Notes: generated from the letters alone by a model not told the origin. A stretch of DNA of 63,987 nt, filler included, from Octopus bimaculoides (GCF_001194135.2; 10 parts of 9 records of this genome joined end to end with filler, not necessarily neighbours in it); one strand, 5' to 3'. Shown: positions 1 to 12,260, numbered from the whole stretch's first letter. Numbers and translations are program-made.

Positions 1-32
<32 letters not shown>

Positions 33-60
33 ACATATATACATATATACACACATATAC

Positions 61-223
61 GACGGGCATCTTTCAGCTTCCGTCTACCAAATCCACTCAC
101 AAGGCTTTAGTCGGCCCGAGGCTATAGTAGAAGACAGTTGCCCAAGGTGCCACGCAGTGGAACTGAACCCGAAACCACGAGGTTCATAAGCAAGCTACTA
201 ACCACACACCGACTCCTACGCCT
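61..223 (-). mobile_element. tRNA-derived SINE family B
   Basis: Minus strand GGTTAGTAGCTTGCTT...GGTTCAGTTCCACTGCGTGGCACCTTGGGCAA. Related copies at about 38120-38245 (+), 42231-42300, 45690-45840 and 58024-58135 (-). Confidence 0.8.
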
Positions 224-264
224 ATCTATTTGTATAGACGACTTGCACTTAAATAGCACATTAT

Positions 265-330
<66 letters not shown>

Positions 331-517
331 GCCGAACAATATTCTTTGCAAGTATTTCGTCCGGAATTAATTTCTGAATTCAAATTCTGCCGCGGTTGAC
401 TTCACCATTCATCCTTTCACGGTCGATAAATTAAGTCCCATTTGAGTACTGGGGCCGATGTGATTGATTGTCGTCCTCCCCACAAAAATTCAGGCCATGT
501 GTCTATACTAGAAAGGA
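331..517 (+). mobile_element. SINE family A, degenerate
   Basis: Shared core attcatcctttcacggtcgataaattaagt. Confidence 0.75.
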
Positions 518-567
518 TCATCATCATCATCATCATCATCATCATTGTTATTATTATTATTATTATT

Positions 568-980
<413 letters not shown>

Positions 981-981
981 C

Positions 982-1133
982 ATTTTATGTTTGACTTTTG
1001 TCTTGCATTTGTACAAGTTGGATCCAAGTCTCACCCAGAGACCTCAAGAGACAACAAGTTAGAAGTTCATGTAGGTGTTATGCCTAGGGTACCATATATT
1101 TGGATTTGTACAGTTTTGTTCAAGTGAATGTTT
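982..1133 (-). mobile_element. Non-LTR element 3' end (probably Dong-like) running into a gap
   Basis: Unique sequence terminating in a roughly 100-bp (TAA)n tail on the minus strand. Family assignment is inferred from tail type and neighbours. Confidence 0.45.
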
Positions 1134-2028
1134 NNNNNNNNNNNNNNNNNNNNNNNNNNNNNNNNNNNNNNNNNNNNNNNNNNNNNNNNNNNNNNNNNNN
1201 NNNNNNNNNNNNNNNNNNNNNNNNNNNNNNNNNNNNNNNNNNNNNNNNNNNNNNNNNNNNNNNNNNNNNNNNNNNNNNNNNNNNNNNNNNNNNNNNNNNN
1301 NNNNNNNNNNNNNNNNNNNNNNNNNNNNNNNNNNNNNNNNNNNNNNNNNNNNNNNNNNNNNNNNNNNNNNNNNNNNNNNNNNNNNNNNNNNNNNNNNNNN
1401 NNNNNNNNNNNNNNNNNNNNNNNNNNNNNNNNNNNNNNNNNNNNNNNNNNNNNNNNNNNNNNNNNNNNNNNNNNNNNNNNNNNNNNNNNNNNNNNNNNNN
1501 NNNNNNNNNNNNNNNNNNNNNNNNNNNNNNNNNNNNNNNNNNNNNNNNNNNNNNNNNNNNNNNNNNNNNNNNNNNNNNNNNNNNNNNNNNNNNNNNNNNN
1601 NNNNNNNNNNNNNNNNNNNNNNNNNNNNNNNNNNNNNNNNNNNNNNNNNNNNNNNNNNNNNNNNNNNNNNNNNNNNNNNNNNNNNNNNNNNNNNNNNNNN
1701 NNNNNNNNNNNNNNNNNNNNNNNNNNNNNNNNNNNNNNNNNNNNNNNNNNNNNNNNNNNNNNNNNNNNNNNNNNNNNNNNNNNNNNNNNNNNNNNNNNNN
1801 NNNNNNNNNNNNNNNNNNNNNNNNNNNNNNNNNNNNNNNNNNNNNNNNNNNNNNNNNNNNNNNNNNNNNNNNNNNNNNNNNNNNNNNNNNNNNNNNNNNN
1901 NNNNNNNNNNNNNNNNNNNNNNNNNNNNNNNNNNNNNNNNNNNNNNNNNNNNNNNNNNNNNNNNNNNNNNNNNNNNNNNNNNNNNNNNNNNNNNNNNNNN
2001 NNNNNNNNNNNNNNNNNNNNNNNTGGGC

Positions 2029-2080
<52 letters not shown>

Positions 2081-2082
<2 letters not shown>

Positions 2083-2250
2083 GGCGGTGAGCTGACTGAA
2101 TCGTTAGCGCGCCGGACGAAATGTTCAGCGGTGTTGTCGCTACGTTCTGAGTTCAAATTCTGTCGAGGTTGACTTTATCTTTCATCCTTGAACACTGGGG
2201 TCGATGTAACTGACTCATCACACCAACACACAAAATTGCTGCCCTTCTGG
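2081..2250 (+). mobile_element. SINE family A, internally deleted
   Basis: aaggcggtgagctg...gttctgagttcaaattc...ggggtcgatgta. Confidence 0.8.
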
Positions 2251-2283
<33 letters not shown>

Positions 2284-2335
2284 CATTGTTGTTGTTGTTG
2301 TTGTTGTTTTTCTTGTTATTATTATAGACGTCGCA

Positions 2336-3760
2336 CAGTATACAATATTGTGAGGTTGTTGATTGAAGATATTGTATCTATCGGGGATTTGTAGTGTTTG
2401 TCAAGTCATAACAAGGACCTCAGATCGACTGTACTTTACGCAATATGCGTTCAATGAAGACCTTTGCAATACATGTAGGTTGTAAGGTATTTCTAAGGTT
2501 TCCAAATGTTTTTTTTCAGATTGGGTGGTATTGAACCCAATGCTCCGATGACAATAGGGATAACCTTTATGTTTGATTCTCATAGCTGCCACATGCTAGC
2601 GATCTCAATTCTCAGGTCTCCCTATTAATCAACCTTTTCTCTTTCTTTCTTTCATGATGATATGTTGCTCTCCGGGCACTGCCACGTCGATTATTAGGCA
2701 CTCTGGTTTGTCCCTCCCAAAGATAACTAGATCCGGCCTTCGATGCTCTAACACCTTGTCTGTCTGGAAATCAAAGCCCCAGAGAGTTTTTTCCTCCCCC
2801 TTTTTTGTCCCTTACCTTTTCCGGTGTATGTAGGTATGAAGCACCCATAACCTTATAACCATACTTACAGCATAATAGCCAGTGGAGGTTTTGGGCTACA
2901 TTGCGCTTGTACTCTTACTACGCGAGACTTTCATAAGCACTAATAATGTAAGTCACCCATTTTTCGACCCTCTCCCCACATATTCTGCAGAGGTCCAATG
3001 CACCCGTGTGGTATATATTCTTTTTCTTCGAGTTGGTATTGAATGCCTGGTCCTGGGCAGCAATGATTAGCCTTTCAGTATTCTTCTTTAGGCCACTCTT
3101 CTTAAGCCGCCTCTATTATGCTTCCTGGGGTTTTTTTTATTTGTTAATTTCACGGTGGAACTGACCATGTAATTCCATGTGGAGTAGGGTTTCTTCTCTC
3201 TGGTTGACTGTTCTTCATCGGAATTCATGAGCACTCTCAAGTCCATTTTTGTTAAATCCTTCTGCATTAGCAACATACTGCAGCAGGACTTGTTTGCTGT
3301 TTACCAAATATTCTGCCATGTTTCTTCTTTCACTGTTGATGCACTACCGTACGCTAATCAGCCCACGTCCACCTTTACCTCTCTTCAGGTAGAGCCTGTG
3401 TACACTTGCCTTAGAGTGCAGGGCACCATACACTGTGATTGTCGTTCGGGTGATGCAATGAAGTTGGTTAATCTCCGCTTGTGTCCATTTCAGGATGGGT
3501 GCACTACAGCGGACTATAGCAACCACCCATGGCAGTCACAAGGTTCCTTATCCCTTTAGTCCATTGTCGCAAATGTTCTGTACATTGTTTGCAGACACTA
3601 TGCAGTGCCCAATATTTATCTTGGTCTCCCAGTGCGTTATTATTTATAGTTTTATTTGATATCTTTAAATAAATCCAGCGGTTTCGATTGGGTTAACCAT
3701 CCCTACTTGTCTACTTTCCACAGTCTGTCTCCGCTTTGATCCCGATTTCAGAACTCGCTT
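2336..3760 (-). mobile_element. R4/Dong-clade LINE, 5'-truncated and degenerate
   Basis: Frameshifted fragments VAIVRCSAPILKWTQAEINQL...LHSKASVHRLYLKRGKGGRGLIS and KKHLETLEIPYNLHVLQRSSL are typical of the R4/Dong post-RT and REL C-terminal regions. The 3' tail is (TAA)/(CAA)n. Confidence 0.85.
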
Positions 3761-3767
3761 CCTAGCA

Positions 3768-4050
3768 GAGCGTGAAGGCGCTGAGCCTATTAGATAGCGG
3801 CTTGCACACACACGATCACTAGATCGTACTTCCGACATCCAGACCTGTGGTGCGTTGCATTCTTGAGCAAAACCCTTCATTTCACCTCGCTACAGTTCAC
3901 TCAGCTGTAAATAAGACATCCGGCAACAGGCTGGCTTCCCATTCAGGGATAATGATGTGATATCGGTCTCTTATATCCCATGTAAATAGGGTAACCGGTC
4001 CTAGTGGATTACGACACCAGTCTGTAATGTCCTGAGCTTACTGAACATAA
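3768..4050 (+). mobile_element. SINE family C
   Basis: Core cttgagcaaaacccttcatttcac...gttcactcagctg. Related copies at about 14840-15060 (-), 21640-21930 (-), 31640-31860 (+), 53440-53770 (-) and 54500-54660 (+). Confidence 0.7.
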
Positions 4051-4068
4051 AAACAAACAATACATACA

Positions 4069-4101
<33 letters not shown>

Positions 4102-4145
4102 NNNNNNNNNNNNNNNNNNNNNNNNNNNNNNNNNNNNNNNNNNNN

Positions 4146-4157
4146 TTAATTAATTAA
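4146..4157. other. Artificial contig-join spacer TTAATTAATTAA inside N-runs
   Basis: An identical palindromic 12-mer with stops in all six frames, centred in N blocks at 4146, 9632, 26606, 37170, 41925, 56415, 60352, 61590 and 62837. Order and orientation across these joins are uncertain. Confidence 0.95.
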
Positions 4158-5164
4158 NNNNNNNNNNNNNNNNNNNNNNNNNNNNNNNNNNNNNNNNNNN
4201 NTTTCTTTTTAGTTCTCCTTTTTCTTTTCAACCTCTTTTTTTTTTTCCTTCCAGTCGCCTTCTGATTATAAAATTCCACCCCTGCCCCCCACAAACCCCT
4301 AATCTCGGTTCAGTGTTCTATTCTAACTGCTTTCAATTTCTTTTTTATGCAGCAGACAAGGTCCATAATACCAAAGCTGCCAAGTTTAAGCATCGGTGGA
4401 ACTTAAAAACTTCGATCACATTTACTCTTGCTGCACAGTTGTTGCACCACCACCATCACCATCGGTCACTACTACCTACCTTCCTGCTGCATGTTAACTT
4501 CTGAATAAAAAAAAAACAACCAAAAAAAAAAAAAGAAAGAAAGCCAAAATTACCCCCCAAGCTCTAAACCAGCAAGCAGCCTGTGATACACAAATAATAG
4601 GACAGAAACTATAAAAACAACAGTTACTAACAAACAAAAATAGTTCAAAATCAATCAAAACAAGAATGAAGATAAAAAAAAAAGTGTTTCTGATACACTT
4701 TGAGTGCTGTCATATTGGGGCTGGTAAACATGGTCTCTCTCTCTGTCTTTCTCTCTTTCTCTGTATCTATATCTCTCTTTTTCTCACTGTCTCTTTCTGT
4801 CTTTTGCTCTCTCTCTCTCACTCTCTCTCTCACTCTCTCTCTCTCTCTCTCTCTTTGACTCTTTATCTATGTCTATCTGTGTAATGTAAGATATTGCACA
4901 GATGATCTAGTGACAAGATTCTTATCATGGCAGACTTATTCATCACGGACTGGTTGGCTGGGTTTCTATGTATGCAGACACACACAAAATAATAACACGC
5001 ACATATACATGCAATATACGTACACATGTATGTATACACACACATATGTATGTTGATATCCATATATATAATAAAACACACACACACACATATGTATAAT
5101 GCAGATATATTCACACACACATATATACATACATATACATTGTTAAATTTTGGGATGGTCAAGT

Positions 5165-5460
5165 TTTTTGTTTTTCTTGCCAAATAAACACATGCACTAT
5201 ATGTATTCATTCTTTACTTGTTTATTACTGTTCTTTTATGTTCAATGTGAGGAAGTCTTTCATCACACACCTGTGGCCTCTTCAGTGACTTTCCATTCCA
5301 CATGTTCTGAACAGGAAGAGACATATAGGATGGAAAGTTACTGAAGACCTCACAGGTATGTGACAAAAAATTTCCAAACAATAGACATAAAATAAGAATG
5401 GTAATGAACAAGTGAAGAACAAATATATAGGGCATGCGCTTATTTAGTAACAAAAAAGAA
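5165..5460. repeat. Imperfect palindrome, ~145-bp arms
   Basis: cacacacctgtggcctcttcagtgactttccatt pairs with ggatggaaagttactgaagacctcacaggtatgtg. Pairing extends outward to about 5165/5460. Confidence 0.8.
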
Positions 5461-5859
5461 AATGACCATCTCGAAATATAACAAGATCTGTTTCAACACA
5501 CAATTTCACATCAAGATTCTTGCAAAACAAATTCATAAACATAAATAAATGAATATATATATATATACACGCATACACACACACACACACACACACATAT
5601 ATGCATACACATATTTACATATATAACTACATATATATATATAACTATATATATATGCATATATACGTTTAATATTTTAAAATTTTGTTTTGTTTTTGTT
5701 ATTGCATCACTTTGTTAAAGCAATCTCCCCTACAAAAAGCAAAAAAAAAAATATATATATAAATTGAACTATAAATGAGGAAGCCAAAAAATAAGAAGAG
5801 ATAAACCTCATAGAACTTTCATAACCATCATTGTTTCTATCACTGGTACATTTTCCATT

Positions 5860-6560
5860 CTTTGCTACTATTACTGCTGCTGTTATTGTTGTTGTTGTTG
5901 TTGTTGCTACAACCATCACCACCATCACTACACTCCCCATTACTCTTTACCATCAGTGATCTCACCACCACAATCTTAAATTATATTAATACTATGACTA
6001 CCATCACCATCATCATCACCACCACAACAACCACTAACAGTACCATTTAGTGCCCCCACCCACCCACCATCATTTCCATCCCTCTTCCACCATCATAATG
6101 GTGACAACTATGACTACAATTACCACTGACACCAACCCAACCAAAATCAACACCACAACTGTTGTCCCTACCACTAAGACTAACCACCCACAGCGCCACC
6201 ATCCCTAACCACCAACAACAATACCATCATAACGATTACCACAAGCATTTTTAATTATATTGTTCTTAGATAAAATAATTAAGGAATATTGGTGTTGATA
6301 TAATTAAAACTGTGTCTATTAACACCTACCACAGCCATCAACTCTCCTGCAGCCACCATCACTACCACCACCAACCACTCGAAATACCATTACTTCAACT
6401 ACCATCACTGCTCCTACCATCACTGCTCCTACCACCAGCATAGCAGCTTAACCTACACTACTACTACTACTACTACTACAATGATTGAGTATTAACCACT
6501 AACATTAATGCTTCAAATAATAATACCACTACTATGATTGCCACCATCACCACCATAATT
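5860..6560. repeat. Decayed (CAC/CAT/ACT)n low-complexity block
   Basis: Direct. Confidence 0.85.
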
Positions 6561-6991
6561 TTTTTACCATCACTACTACATACATCTACTACTAAACTGT
6601 GATTCCTTGTATAGTGTTTCTGACATTTTAACTGTCTTTGTAAATATTCTTTTCTTATTATTACTAATCTATCCATTCAGATCACTATAAGGATTAATTT
6701 ACAAATGAAGAACATTTGGTATTTGCCAACATTTCAAACTATGCATTTTCAGAGATAAAAGTGATATATATATATATATATATATATANNNNNNNNNNNN
6801 NNNNNNNNNNNNNNNNNNGTTAGAGGTTATGCAACCATCTAAGGGATAAATGTATCCATAGGCACTACTGATGTATTACCTCACTATGTACAGGCCTTGC
6901 TATAAGGTTAACAGTAGTTGGTAATTTAAATGGTAAACCATGGTTTATTATATTCAAGTAAGAAAAGAAATGGAGCAACAATTAACAATTA

Positions 6992-7290
6992 AAAGTTGAT
7001 CATTAGTATTAAAAGGTCATAGTTTAATTGTAGTTAAAAAACATTTACAGCTGTTTCTGTTTGTGATTTTTGAAGTAAATGTGCATTTATCTCGTTCCAT
7101 TTAACAAACATCGTCAGAATGATTTAGAGTTTATTGGAGGGATATAGACAGGAGGAAAAGGAAAAAAAGGAAAAGTTTTTTCCTTTTTTTGAAGTAAATG
7201 AAAATTTACTTAAAAAATAACAAACAGAAACAGCTGTAAATGTTTTTTAACTGCAATTAAACTATGACCTTAATACGAATGATCAACTTT
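6992..7290. repeat. Fold-back element, ~89-bp inverted arms (6992-7080 / 7204-7290)
   Basis: AAAGTTGATCATT...ACATTTACAGCTGTTTCTGTTTG...AGTAAAT and its reverse complement. Contains the 7042-7121 hammerhead. Confidence 0.9.
7042..7121 (-). ncRNA. Minimal type-I hammerhead ribozyme, intact core
   Basis: Minus strand reads CATT-CTGACGA-TGTTTGT...ACAAACA-GAAAC-AGCT-GTA-AATG: stem I CATT/AATG, 7-bp stem II, 2-bp stem III with palindromic AGCT loop, GUA triplet. Predicted cut between 7046 and 7045. Confidence 0.8.
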
Positions 7291-7379
7291 CATATATAAT
7301 ATATATATAAAGAACAATGAGTCTCACGCATGCATGCATGTATGTGTGTGTGTGTATGAGAGAGAGAGTTTCCTGAACT

Positions 7380-8600
7380 TTTTCTAGCTCATTCTTACTC
7401 TGACTTTCTGTTTTTGGGTCTCTCTTCCAATGTTAATTTGGTCTCCTAGATAGCAACTGCTATTAACTACTTCTATGGACCCTTCCAAGCATTTTGAAGC
7501 AGTTAGGAGCACTTTTTACAGATAAAATATCCTTTGTTAGCTTATCTGTGAAATCCCAACACCTCTTGCACACCCCTAGTTTACATTTGACACACAGTTT
7601 AGAATTTTTTCCTATTCCTTTCCAACTATCAAGTATGATGACTACTTCCCTAATGGTTGTACAGATGTTCTACTAACTAAAACTTTTAGATTCAGCAATG
7701 ATAACTATGTCATTGGCATGCAAGAGTTCTGAACAGCCACTTTGAAATCTCTATAATGGCCTGCAAAATGGGGTTGGGAACTGAATCGAGATGGACACTT
7801 CAACATGCTATGACTTCCTCTGCATGGCCTTCATATTGTTCAGATGTTGCTCACATAACTTACTTTTCTTAATGGCCACCAGGCGGTATCCTGTTAAAAG
7901 CCTTCTCCATATCAATGAATGCTCAGCATGTTGGCTTGCTTTTAGCTAAAAATATTTCCTAAGCTGTTTTCAGTAAGAAGAGGGAATTGGTGGTACTCTG
8001 TACTGATGTAACAAATAACTGCATCTCAAACTAACTAATTCTGTTCTTAACCAATTTCATTGCAACTCTTTCTGCTACTTCAGTAACATGGTTCGTCAGT
8101 TTGATACAAATGTAGTAGCATCTTTCTTAGAGTGACACCTTTGAGCATGTAGCAGTTGATAATGACACAGTTTCACTAGTCATTGGATAATGACATATCC
8201 TATAACTACCTGAGTTATGCAAGCAGCTAGCACATGTCCTACTTTGCTAGATATTTTCAGAACAGCAGGGCTATCCTTAGTGATCCAACAGCTTTCTCTT
8301 TTCATTTCATTAATCACACTTTTCACCATACAACTGACATTTTGCTGGTTCTACTTTGGCGAAATCTCTCCATCTTCTGCATATATTTCTCATTCAGTTG
8401 CATCCTTATTGTACCAAATCCAAGTAATTTTTTTCTCTTCACAGTCAAGTGTGTAGTTATCATTCCACACAAACATTTCTTCTATGGTGTCTTGATTTGC
8501 ACAAATATACTGTTGTGTGCTTTGCAATCTGGAACACCTCACATCGCTTGTCATCTCATCATAGAATATTGGCAAAACACTTTCAGTTTCTCTTGGTCAT
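7380..8600 (-). mobile_element. RTE-type LINE reverse transcriptase remnant
   Basis: Minus strand FIDMEKAFNRIP (RT FxDLEKAFD motif) and HANDIVIIAESK (degenerate YADD), with many stops. Confidence 0.8.
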
Positions 8601-8738
8601 GATATAGGTAATAAATATAATGTATTGAGTTTATCCGACAATCTCAATAAACTAGGGCCATATCTTTATTTATCTTCGATATAGTATATAATTTGCATAC
8701 TTCATAACTCATTTTACACTACACACACACACATGCAT

Positions 8739-8780
<42 letters not shown>

Positions 8781-8813
8781 AATCAAATATACTCAATTTT
8801 CCTGCTCTTACTT

Positions 8814-8977
<164 letters not shown>

Positions 8978-8999
8978 TACATATATATACACAGATTTA

Positions 9000-9480
9000 T
9001 ATTTCCAATGGATGGAAGAAGATAGTGCATAGTGGTTGTTCAAGGTTTGAGAGGGAGAGGGTGAAGTATGAGATAATTAGGAGGAGGCTTAGAAGGAGGG
9101 AATCTGTGGAAAGTGAGAGTGTTGCTTTTTGTGGGAGGAGGTGTTTGAGTTGTGCAGGCTTGGTGAGCTATCAAAATTCTCACTGCAATGGACCCATGAT
9201 AAACAGTGATGTGGCTATTAAAATTCACAACAGAGCATGTATAAAATGTGGAAGGGTGTGCCTCTCAGCTGGAGGTCCAAAAAGACATTTTAAGAGAGTG
9301 CATTTGGTGGCACCTGTTTTGCCTACCAGCCAGCACAGTTATGCAGTATGTAATAAAATGTGTAAAAGTTTGGCTGGGCTTACAAGTCATTTAAGAGCAT
9401 CACATGGTATCAATAATGAATCATTTCAGTAAGCCTTTTCAGCAATGGCTTTTCTCGTGTAACGAGGGTCCAGCTATGAT
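9000..9480 (+). mobile_element. LINE (RTE-like) 3' end with C2H2-like fingers
   Basis: CIKCGRVCLSAGGPKRHFKRVH and VCNKMCKSLAGLTSHLRASH, followed by a (TATG)n tail. No splice sites were found. Confidence 0.55.
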
Positions 9481-9529
9481 GTATGTATACATACATGTAT
9501 GTATGTGTGTGTATGTATGTATGTATATA

Positions 9530-9587
<58 letters not shown>

Positions 9588-9737
9588 NNNNNNNNNNNNN
9601 NNNNNNNNNNNNNNNNNNNNNNNNNNNNNNNTTAATTAATTAANNNNNNNNNNNNNNNNNNNNNNNNNNNNNNNNNNNNNNNNNNNNTTTACATTATTTA
9701 CATTTGACGGATATCTGTCCTCAACCTGTTTGTTGTT

Positions 9738-9780
9738 AACACAACGTTTCGGCTATACCCGCCAGCCTTTATCGAGTGTC
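9738..9780 (-). ncRNA. Decayed hammerhead in a PLE-type repeat
   Basis: Minus strand GACAC-TCGATAA-aGGCT...AGCC-GAAACGTT-GTGTT. Stems I and II and GAAAC are intact; the CTGATGA box is mutated. Confidence 0.45.
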
Positions 9781-9827
9781 TTGGGGAAATTTCGAACCTG
9801 GGTTCTCATTCCTAAGGTATTTTTCGA

Positions 9828-9885
<58 letters not shown>

Positions 9886-10020
9886 ATTATTCAGGTCACA
9901 GCCTGGAACTTGGAATCTTGGGGTTAGTAGCCCGCGCTCTTAACCACTATGCCATATGCCCACATGATTATTATTATTATTATTGCTGTTGTTATTGTGG
10001 TTTCTGTTTTTTGCTATTAG

Positions 10021-10111
10021 GTACTATCTTCAAATAAACTAACTTCATGTGTGCCGGATTTATGCAATGCTGTGATCCAAAACGATACACTAACACATCT
10101 AAATTTATCAA
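10021..10111 (+). CDS. LRRC74A: RI-type LRR gene (LRRC74A/B-like), internal exon A
   Basis: Acceptor ttgctattag, donor A|gtaag. Translates VLSSNKLTSCVPDLCNAVIQNDTLTHLNLS plus 1 nt (phase 0 to 1) and joins exon B in frame. Symbol is by family resemblance only. Confidence 0.85.
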
Positions 10112-10600
10112 GTAAGAATTTTTGTCTTTCAATTCAATGCGGCATAGGAGTCTAAATATATGATAAGTAAATCATAAAAATTTTAATTTGGTTCAATGTA
10201 CAATTTTGTGTAAGTACAAATTGTACAAGTATGTATATCTATGCATGCGTGTGTGTATGCATGCATGTGTGGGGGGGGATTCCCTTGTGAACAATTTAAA
10301 ACAACATGTCACTTCTCTTGAAATCCAACAAACTATGCCATTAAATATTAAATTCAGAGCTCCGAAATCTAATTTAGCATCAGTGTATTTCACAGTTGTA
10401 TTAGCTCTGAATATAACATTCAAATTATTTGTGTATGTGTGCTTGTTGTGTGTAGATTACAGTACTATACTATTCATGAAACATTGTCTAATATATACAT
10501 TAGATATTTTAGATATTTTTTAAAGCCAAAGTTATATAAAAAAAACTACAATACAGGTAGATGGTTAGTACTATCGACTATACACATTTCACACACGACG

Positions 10601-10642
10601 GGACCTTGATGAATGCCATGAAGCAGGAAAGTATACTAGTCC
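10601..10642 (+). ncRNA. Hammerhead ribozyme motif with 1-nt core insertion
   Basis: GGAC-CTTGATGA-ATGCCATGAAGCAG-GAAA-G-TATA-C-TA-GTCC: stem I GGAC/GTCC, stem II TGC/GCA, palindromic TATA loop, CUA triplet. The core reads CTTGATGA instead of CTGATGA. Confidence 0.6.
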
Positions 10643-11455
10643 TTATATATTTAATACTCTATATTTAATGCTCAATATTTCATATATTCAATAAGACATT
10701 CAATACTTCATTTCATTTTACTATTTATATTATATGTTGGAACTCTTTTAAATAATATATTCCTCTATACACGATCATACAAAACCCTTTTTTATATTTT
10801 TTTTATTTTTATTCGCATACATATATCCTTATCAATCATAGGGCAGCAAAATAAATTTTAGAAATTTAATTTACCACCAGTGGTCCAGCGAGAATAAAAA
10901 ATTAGTCAATAGACTACATATATATTATTCATTTAAAATATAGAGATGCCTATAATAGGACNNNNNNNNNNNNNNNNNNNNNNNNNNNNNNNNNNNNNNN
11001 NNNNNNNNNNNNNNNNNNNNNNNNNNNNNNNNNNNNNNNNNNNNNNNNNNNNNNNNNNNNNNNNNNNNNNNNNNNNNNNNNNNNNNNNNNNNNNNNNNNN
11101 NNNNNNNNNNNNNNNNNNNNNNNNNNNNNNNNNNNNNNNNNNNNNNNNNNNNNNNNNNNNNNNNNNNNNNNNNNNNNNNNNNNNNNNNNNNNNNNNNNNN
11201 NNNNNNNNNNNNNNNNNNNNNNNNNNNNNNNNNNNNNNNNNNNNNNNNNNNNNNNNNNNNNNNNNNNNNNNNNNNNNNNNNNNNNNNNNNNNNNNNNNNN
11301 NNNNNNNNNNNNNNNNNNNNNNNNNNNNNNNNNNNNNNNNNNNNNNNNNNNNNNNNNNNNNNNNNNNNNNNNNNNNNNNNNNNNNNNNNNNNNNNNNNNN
11401 NNNNNNNNNNNNNNNNNNNNNNNNNNNNNNNNNNNNNNNNNNNNNNNNNNNNNNN

Positions 11456-11498
<43 letters not shown>

Positions 11499-12049
11499 CG
11501 TACATACATACATACATACATACATACATGCAAATACACGTACACAGATGCACACAGAGATTCATATATGCATGAGGGTGCGCGTACGCAAGTGTGTGTG
11601 TATCTGCGTGCGTGTGCGCGCGCATGTGTGTGTGTATCTGCGTGCGTGTGCGCGCGCTTGTGTGTGTATGTTTTTGTGTGTGTGTGTGTGCGTGTGTGTG
11701 TGTGTGTGTGTGCACAGGTAACCAAAACACGGAACAAAACATTTTGTCTTATTATTCTGTGTGTTTATATGGATATGAATATCGGGCTTTCCTCATCAGT
11801 TGTTAGCTGAAGATAAGGCAATTTCGATAAGATTTACCCTTCAGGATTGCTCACTTCAAAGTTTCAGTAGCTTCTTAAATACTTCCAAGGAACGGTGTCG
11901 TGCGGACAGGATGCTACAAATGAATGGGACGACGAGATAGGAAAACAAGTATACGATAAGTTAGCTACAATAAATATTTAACTCTGTCGGCCTAATGTAA
12001 AGGTTGTTTGCTGAGTCAAACTAAACACAGGACGGAGTGATACGGAATA

Positions 12050-12260
12050 TTAGTTTCAAATTTTGGCACAAGGCCGGTAATGTTTTGGAGAGGGGCCGAT
12101 TCGATTACATTGACCCCGATGTTCAACTGATACTTATTTTATTGACCCCGAAAGGATGAAAAGCAAAGTCAACCCCGGTGGAATTTGAACTCAGAACGTA
12201 GAGACCGACGAAATGTCGCTAAGCATCTTGCTCGACGTTCTAAATGTTCTGCCAGCTCGA
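12050..12260 (-). mobile_element. SINE family A
   Basis: gaccccgaaaggatgaaaagcaaagtc...gaatttgaactcagaac. Confidence 0.85.

Noticed and set aside
1075-2095. Long poly-X ORFs (also 10925-11742, 27015-28304, 28694-30176, 43844-45154, 47675-48601 and others)
   Set aside because: They are open only because they cross N-gaps and microsatellites.
4146-4157. TTAATTAATTAA recurring nine times as a possible regulatory motif
   Set aside because: It is always centred in N-runs and is an assembly spacer.
5315-5355. Apparent + strand exon (acag|GAAGAG...CACAG|gtatgt; KRHIGWKVTEDLT)
   Set aside because: It lies wholly within one arm of the 5165-5460 palindrome, and no matching protein or partner exon was found.
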